NCBI GenBank assembly: GCA_965247605.1
Contig: CBDFHM010000011.1
Span: 86,932-150,931 of the forward strand
Direction: 5' to 3'
Length of the DNA: 64,000 bases
Source: Dehalococcoidia bacterium
GTDB taxonomy: Bacteria > Chloroflexota > Dehalococcoidia > Lucifugimonadales > UBA3495
The notes under the pieces were generated by a model. That model was given only the letters and a program-made list of their open reading frames with translations, made no database searches and was not told where the DNA came from. The position numbers and the translations under genes were made by a program. This document shows positions 62,397-64,000 of this stretch, in pieces. How positions within the stretch are numbered: position 1 is the stretch's first letter; each line of letters starts with the position of its first letter.

Positions 62397-64000
62397 ATGC
62401 CCTCGCAATCCGAGCAACTGCAAGATCTCGGTCTAACCGAGAATGAAGCGCAAACATTAATCGACCAAGGCCAAGCCGACCAGGTGCTAGAGGCCGTCGC
62501 CGATGCCGGTGGCGTCGCCGCCGTTGATACTCCGTCGCCGGAGCCTGTGTCGTCTCCCGAAGAACCGGACCCGGCCGTGGTCGAGCCCGACGAACCGGGC
62601 CCGGCTCCAACTGAAACATCCGGTACGTCGGACGATTCGCCCACCGCCTCGCCAACTGCGGATCAGCCGGTAGCCACTATCGGCAGTGGGGGCATCAACG
62701 TAGTAATCGGCGGCGTGAGTATTGGGACCGGCACAACGAGTCCAGCCGTCGCCACCCAAGTGTTGCGGGCCCAAGGTGTAGCGGAAGAGGATATCCTGGC
62801 GGCCATCAAACAAGTGGTTCCCGACGAAACGCGCCGACAGATTGAGCAAGCCGAAGCGGAAGTGGCAGTAACGGAAGATATTCTGGAGGACGTTCGCGGC
62901 GCTCTCGCCTCAGGCGTGCCCGTAAGCCCGAAGCTGTTACGCCGTCTCAGGGTGCCAGAATCTCAGATCGCCGGTATCTTGCGGCAACAGGCGGCGCTCC
63001 GGGCCTTGGCGCCGTTCAAAGAGGGTCAGTCGTTCGACCTCGTGGCGGCAACTCAGGCGGGTGTGAGCCTCAAGATAATGGCCGAGGCTGGTTTTAACCC
63101 TGCGGTTATCGACCGGGCTCGTGCCGCCGCCAGCGAATTGCCAGTAACGGAAGATATTCTGGAGGACGTTCGCGGCGCTCTCGCCTCAGGCGTGCCCGTA
63201 AGCCCGAAGCTGTTACGCCGTCTCAGGGTGCCAGAATCTCAGATCGCCGGTATCTTGCGGCAACAGGCGGCGCTCCGGGCCTTGGCGCCGTTCAAAGAGG
63301 GTCAGTCGTTCGACCTCGTGGCGGCGCTTGAAGCTGGAGTCCCTAGACAGACGCTCGTAGCGCGTGGTTTCAAGGCATCGGACTTACGAGAGGCAGAATT
63401 ATTCCTAGCAGCGAGGGCCGGTATAGCGCCGTTTACAGCTGCCGATGGAAGCGTTAACCTAGCGGCGGCGTTCGCCGCCGGGATATCTAGCCAAACGTTG
63501 CTGTCTGCGGGGTTCAAGGCATCGGACTTACGAGAGGCAGAATTATTCCTAGCAGCGAGGGCCGGTATAGCGCCGTTTACAGCTGCCGATGGAAGCGTTA
63601 ACGTAGCGGCGGCGTTCGCCGCCGGGATATCTAGCCAAACGTTGCTGTCTGCGGGGTTCACCCGCTCCCAGTTGCAGGAGGCGATCACCCCTGTAGGGGT
63701 TCCAACGCCGAAGCCGCGGCTGGTGCCGCTGCCGGGCGAACGGTTGCCGCTGCCGGATGATATTCGGCGTGAGGTGGCTTCGGCCAGGGCGGAGGCGTTC
63801 ATTGGGGTCGGGACTTCTAGCCGCTTTGTGGTTGATAACCCGGTGCTGTCGGCCGCCATTACTCGGTCTGAGATTATCAAGGGGTTTGCCGATGCGGTGC
63901 AGACAGGTGATGTGTCTGCCGATGACGCTCGAACCGGAATTGCTGAGGTTAACGAGCCGCCCGAATCGCGCCCGGAAGACCTGATCTATTTGGTGCCCGG
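62397..64000 (+). CDS. Large repeat-containing protein, 5' part (open to the window end; absent from the ORF track)
   Basis: The ATG directly follows the previous TAG. My translation is MPSQSEQLQDLGLTENEAQTLIDQG..., an acidic P/E/S linker, then repeated AG(V/I)S...L..AGF....L.EA units. No stop occurs in this frame through 64000. Confidence 0.7.
   Translation, partial: MPSQSEQLQDLGLTENEAQTLIDQGQADQVLEAVADAGGVAAVDTPSPEPVSSPEEPDPAVVEPDEPGPAPTETSGTSDDSPTASPTADQPVATIGSGGINVVIGGVSIGTGTTSPAVATQVLRAQGVAEEDILAAIKQVVPDETRRQIEQAEAEVAVTEDILEDVRGALASGVPVSPKLLRRLRVPESQIAGILRQQAALRALAPFKEGQSFDLVAATQAGVSLKIMAEAGFNPAVIDRARAAASELPVTEDILEDVRGALASGVPVSPKLLRRLRVPESQIAGILRQQAALRALAPFKEGQSFDLVAALEAGVPRQTLVARGFKASDLREAELFLAARAGIAPFTAADGSVNLAAAFAAGISSQTLLSAGFKASDLREAELFLAARAGIAPFTAADGSVNVAAAFAAGISSQTLLSAGFTRSQLQEAITPVGVPTPKPRLVPLPGERLPLPDDIRREVASARAEAFIGVGTSSRFVVDNPVLSAAITRSEIIKGFADAVQTGDVSADDARTGIAEVNEPPESRPEDLIYLVP
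62866..63325 (+). repeat. Direct repeat: two identical 184-bp copies spaced 276 bp apart (in frame)
   Basis: 62866-63049 and 63142-63325 read identically (CAGTAACGGAAGATATTCTGGAGG...CGACCTCGTGGCGGC). Confidence 0.9.
63368..63658 (+). repeat. Tandem 144-bp repeat, 2 copies, near-identical
   Basis: TTCAAGGCATCGGACTTACGAGAGGCAG... starts at 63368 and again at 63512. I saw one difference (AACCTA versus AACGTA). Confidence 0.9.

Noticed and set aside
63302-63880. 192-aa minus-strand ORF near the right edge
   Set aside because: It is antisense to the long open plus-strand frame that starts at 62397 and carries in-frame repeats. Its own repeats simply mirror those.

Overview
GC-rich bacterial chromosome window. 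The gene content (cytoplasmic DUF1800/DUF1501/NHL triads, DUF4331, DM13, ECF sigma pairs, replication-relaxation protein) looks Chloroflexota- or Actinomycetota-like, but the taxon cannot be determined from this window. No homology search was possible: every call comes from reading motifs in the translations and repeats in the DNA.

Positions 1-39.8 kb are ordinary but scarred chromosome. They hold a partial DDE transposase at the left edge abutting a truncated tandem-receiver gene, and two two-component systems. There is a queD-folE2 operon extended by a deaminase-like gene and an EamA exporter, followed by crcB. A complete IS630 element has CTAG/TA target duplication and an A7 -1 frameshift site. 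A chimeric lipoprotein/HATPase ORF carries 36-bp tandem repeats. Two paralogous DUF1800-DUF1501-NHL cassettes are present. Other genes are an orphan CoxL-like molybdoenzyme, DUF4331-TPR with a divergent ECF sigma/anti-sigma pair, GH15, DM13, GNAT, YyaL and a lipoxygenase relic. An NDH-2 gene is broken by one in-frame TGA, is fused to a 4-TM module, and sits next to a protein made of three copies of that module.

Positions 39.86-64 kb are a mosaic genomic island at tRNA-Arg(TCT). It has four parts:
- a P4-type integrase;
- a decayed caudoviral head module;
- a wHTH / replication-relaxation block with palindrome arrays and hairpins;
- two divergent operons.

The minus-strand operon encodes a collagen-like protein with a pilin-like N-terminus, an A24 peptidase, Wzy-like and GT-C-like membrane proteins and a NeuD-like acetyltransferase. 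The plus-strand operon (at least 14 translationally coupled genes) is built around a Zot/pI-like ATPase, small hydrophobic proteins and giant membrane-anchored surface proteins. This plus-strand operon is my best candidate for an undescribed non-tailed provirus or fibre-assembly system.
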